DNA from: an uncultured Chlamydiae bacterium | GTDB lineage: Bacteria; Chlamydiota; Chlamydiia; Chlamydiales; SM23-39 | Reading direction: 5' to 3' | DNA length: 64,000 nucleotides | NCBI GenBank assembly: GCA_963828125.1 | Contig: CAWHDP010000002.1 | Coordinates: 128,001 to 192,000 of the forward strand | In this document: positions 61,880 through 64,000 of the stretch, piece by piece | How positions within the stretch are numbered: the stretch's first letter is position 1 | Layout of the letters: each line of letters opens with the position of its first letter | Made by a program: the position numbers and the translations under genes | Notes under the pieces: generated by a model | Told to the model about the DNA's origin: nothing | Seen by the model: the letters and a program-made list of their open reading frames with translations, nothing else | Databases searched by the model: none

Positions 61880-64000
61880 CGAGACTCCAAATAGGGATTA
61901 GATTGTTTGCGTAAGGATGAGAACATGACTGGAACCAAAAATAAAGTCGAAATCGTGGCTACAAGAAGCCCTCCGACAACGGCTCTAGCCAGCGGCGCCT
62001 GCGCTTCTGCCCCAGCCCCAATTCCTAAGGCCATCGGGAGCATGCCAACAATCATGGCGCAGGCTGTCATTAATATAGGCCGAAGTCTCGTCTTGCCGGC
62101 AGAAAGCGCTGCATCCAAGGGACTTTTCCCCTGGAGCAATTCCTGATTTGCAAATGTAATCAAGAGAATGCTATTGGCTGTAGCCAGTCCCATCACAACA
62201 ATGGATCCCATCAAAGAAGAGATGCTGATGGAAGTAGAGGTGAGAAATAGGGCCCAAAAAATGCCTGCTAGCGCTCCAGGAAGTGCAAAAATGATCACAA
62301 AAGGATCTACCCAGGATTGAAAATTGATGACCAGAATAAAATAAATAAGGAGAATGCTTGCTATCAGTCCCAGTCCCAGTAATTTAAAAGAGCTATGCAT
62401 GGTGCGGACCATCCCCAAGAGGCGGATTTCATTGCCGGGAGCCATTTTAGGTTGTAGTTCATCGATAATCTCCTGAATTTGGGTCGAAACAGCTCCTAGG
62501 TCGATTCCTTCGATATTTGCATAAATATCATAGGTTGGCTGGATGTTATAGTGATTGACTACTCCAGGAGTCGTTCTACGTTCTAATGTCGCCAGATTGC
62601 TCAAGAGCTCCGACGTTTTTTGTTCTAGTGGAGGAAGACGGCTGCCGGAAGACATTTGGGGTTGAGGGCTGGCTCCTGAGGGTTGGATTCTCTCCGAAGA
62701 AGGATAGGAAATGGGCGTCCGCATCAATGCTTCGATGCTATCGACCCGATATTTTGGAGTCTGGACCGCAATGAGATAAGGAAGTCCCATTTTTTTATTG
62801 ATCCAGAAATTCGGCGTGACGACTGTGCTGTCGCTATTTGTAATTAACAGGTTATTTGCTACATGATTCTGAGTCAGATTGACTTGCGTTAATAGAAGAC
62901 GGTTGACGTTAACAAATAGTTCAGGGGCGTCGACGTCTTGATGTAAATGGACGTCGACAGCTCCTGGGATGCGTGAAATGCGATCGACTAATTCTCTGGC
63001 GACTTCTAAATTGTTCTTGTCGTCATAACCGATCACTTTCACATCGATAGGCGCCGGCAGCCCAAAATAGAGGATCTGGCCGATCAGATCAGCGGGTTTG
63101 AAATAGAAGGTGCACTCAGGAAACTGCTGGGTTAAATGAGTTCGAAGCTGGTTTTGATAAAATGCAATTTTATGTTTTCTTGAGGGCTTAAGGGAGATGA
63201 GAATTTCACCGTCCCATGTTCCGATCGTAGCATTATCTCCGAAAGCCAAAGTGTAGGGAATAGGATTCAGCCCGATATTGTCCGAAATAGAGAGAATTTC
63301 CTCTTTGGATATGATTTTTTGGATCTCTTCTTCGACATCTCCAAAAATCTCCTCTGTCACCTCGATACGCGTCCCTGGAGGAGCTCTGACATGCAATCTA
63401 AGTTGAGAAGAGTTTGAAGAGGGGAAAAAATCGGTGCCTATGAAGAAAAATAAAATAAAAATGCTGCAAAAAATCAAACCAAAAACAGAGAAGACTGTTC
63501 CCCGATTTTCTAAACACCATGCCAGCGCTTTCTCATACCTCTCTTGCCAATGGACAAAGAAGGGTACTGTTTTTAATTGATGTTCTTTATATAAACGCCA
63601 GATCATCACAGGAACTAAAGTGCGGGAGAGAAAGTAAGAAACGGCGATGGCGAAAACTGCAGAATAGGCAAACGGGACAAAAAGGAATTTCGAGGGCCCA
63701 GCCAAAAGCGCAATCGGTAAGAATGCAATACAGATGGCCAGAGAGGAGACAAAAGCGGGGACGGCGATCTGATTAGATCCCTCCATGACCGCTTCATGTA
63801 ATGGTTTTCCCAGACTTAAATTCCTGTGAATATTTTCGACTGTGATTGTCGCATCATCGACTAAGATCCCAATGGCTAATGCCAGTCCTCCTAACGTCAT
63901 CAAATTTAAGGAGTAGCCAATGAGATTTAAAAATAGAATGCTAGCCAAAATCGAAAGGGGAATAGAAATAATAACGATTGCTGTATGGATCCAACTTCTG
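61876..64000 (-). CDS. RND efflux permease (AcrB/AcrD/AcrF family), 5'-partial
   Basis: GILVDDA..VENI, RLRPILMT and PLARAVVGG motifs; frame stays open to the window end. Confidence 0.93.
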   Translation of the reverse strand, partial: RSWIHTAIVIISIPLSILASILFLNLIGYSLNLMTLGGLALAIGILVDDATITVENIHRNLSLGKPLHEAVMEGSNQIAVPAFVSSLAICIAFLPIALLAGPSKFLFVPFAYSAVFAIAVSYFLSRTLVPVMIWRLYKEHQLKTVPFFVHWQERYEKALAWCLENRGTVFSVFGLIFCSIFILFFFIGTDFFPSSNSSQLRLHVRAPPGTRIEVTEEIFGDVEEEIQKIISKEEILSISDNIGLNPIPYTLAFGDNATIGTWDGEILISLKPSRKHKIAFYQNQLRTHLTQQFPECTFYFKPADLIGQILYFGLPAPIDVKVIGYDDKNNLEVARELVDRISRIPGAVDVHLHQDVDAPELFVNVNRLLLTQVNLTQNHVANNLLITNSDSTVVTPNFWINKKMGLPYLIAVQTPKYRVDSIEALMRTPISYPSSERIQPSGASPQPQMSSGSRLPPLEQKTSELLSNLATLERRTTPGVVNHYNIQPTYDIYANIEGIDLGAVSTQIQEIIDELQPKMAPGNEIRLLGMVRTMHSSFKLLGLGLIASILLIYFILVINFQSWVDPFVIIFALPGALAGIFWALFLTSTSISISSLMGSIVVMGLATANSILLITFANQELLQGKSPLDAALSAGKTRLRPILMTACAMIVGMLPMALGIGAGAEAQAPLARAVVGGLLVATISTLFLVPVMFSSLRKQSNPYLESR

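Overview
Chromosomal segment of an environmental Chlamydiota bacterium. The assignment is inferred from gene order: nusB-murB, infC-rpmI-rplT-pheS, mgtE-DUF721-gyrBA, pgsA/glgA-L25-pth-S6-S18-L9-ispE and rsfS-fabF-NUDIX. Most of the window is housekeeping genes (cydAB, typA, gyrBA, parEC, rlmN, hldDE, bioY), plus three tRNAs and four efflux or export modules. AT-richer accessory genes are interspersed: Inc-like and effector-like proteins, a GH18 chitinase and a porin. The main unexplained signals are: (1) tiny TATAC...GTATA palindromic elements, with six copies of a 48-bp family and three full or partial copies of a 65-bp family, lying at gene ends, supplying the C-termini of four proteins, and in one case (ridA) restoring a TAG stop when removed; (2) a start-less toxin-tip-like fragment and an immunity-like gene bracketed by two such elements; (3) an unannotated His-rich leader peptide upstream of a sodium:solute symporter; (4) a degenerate half-length ThrRS-like gene at the thrS locus. 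No transposase, integrase, reverse transcriptase or CRISPR array was recognised. All family calls are by eye, without database searches.
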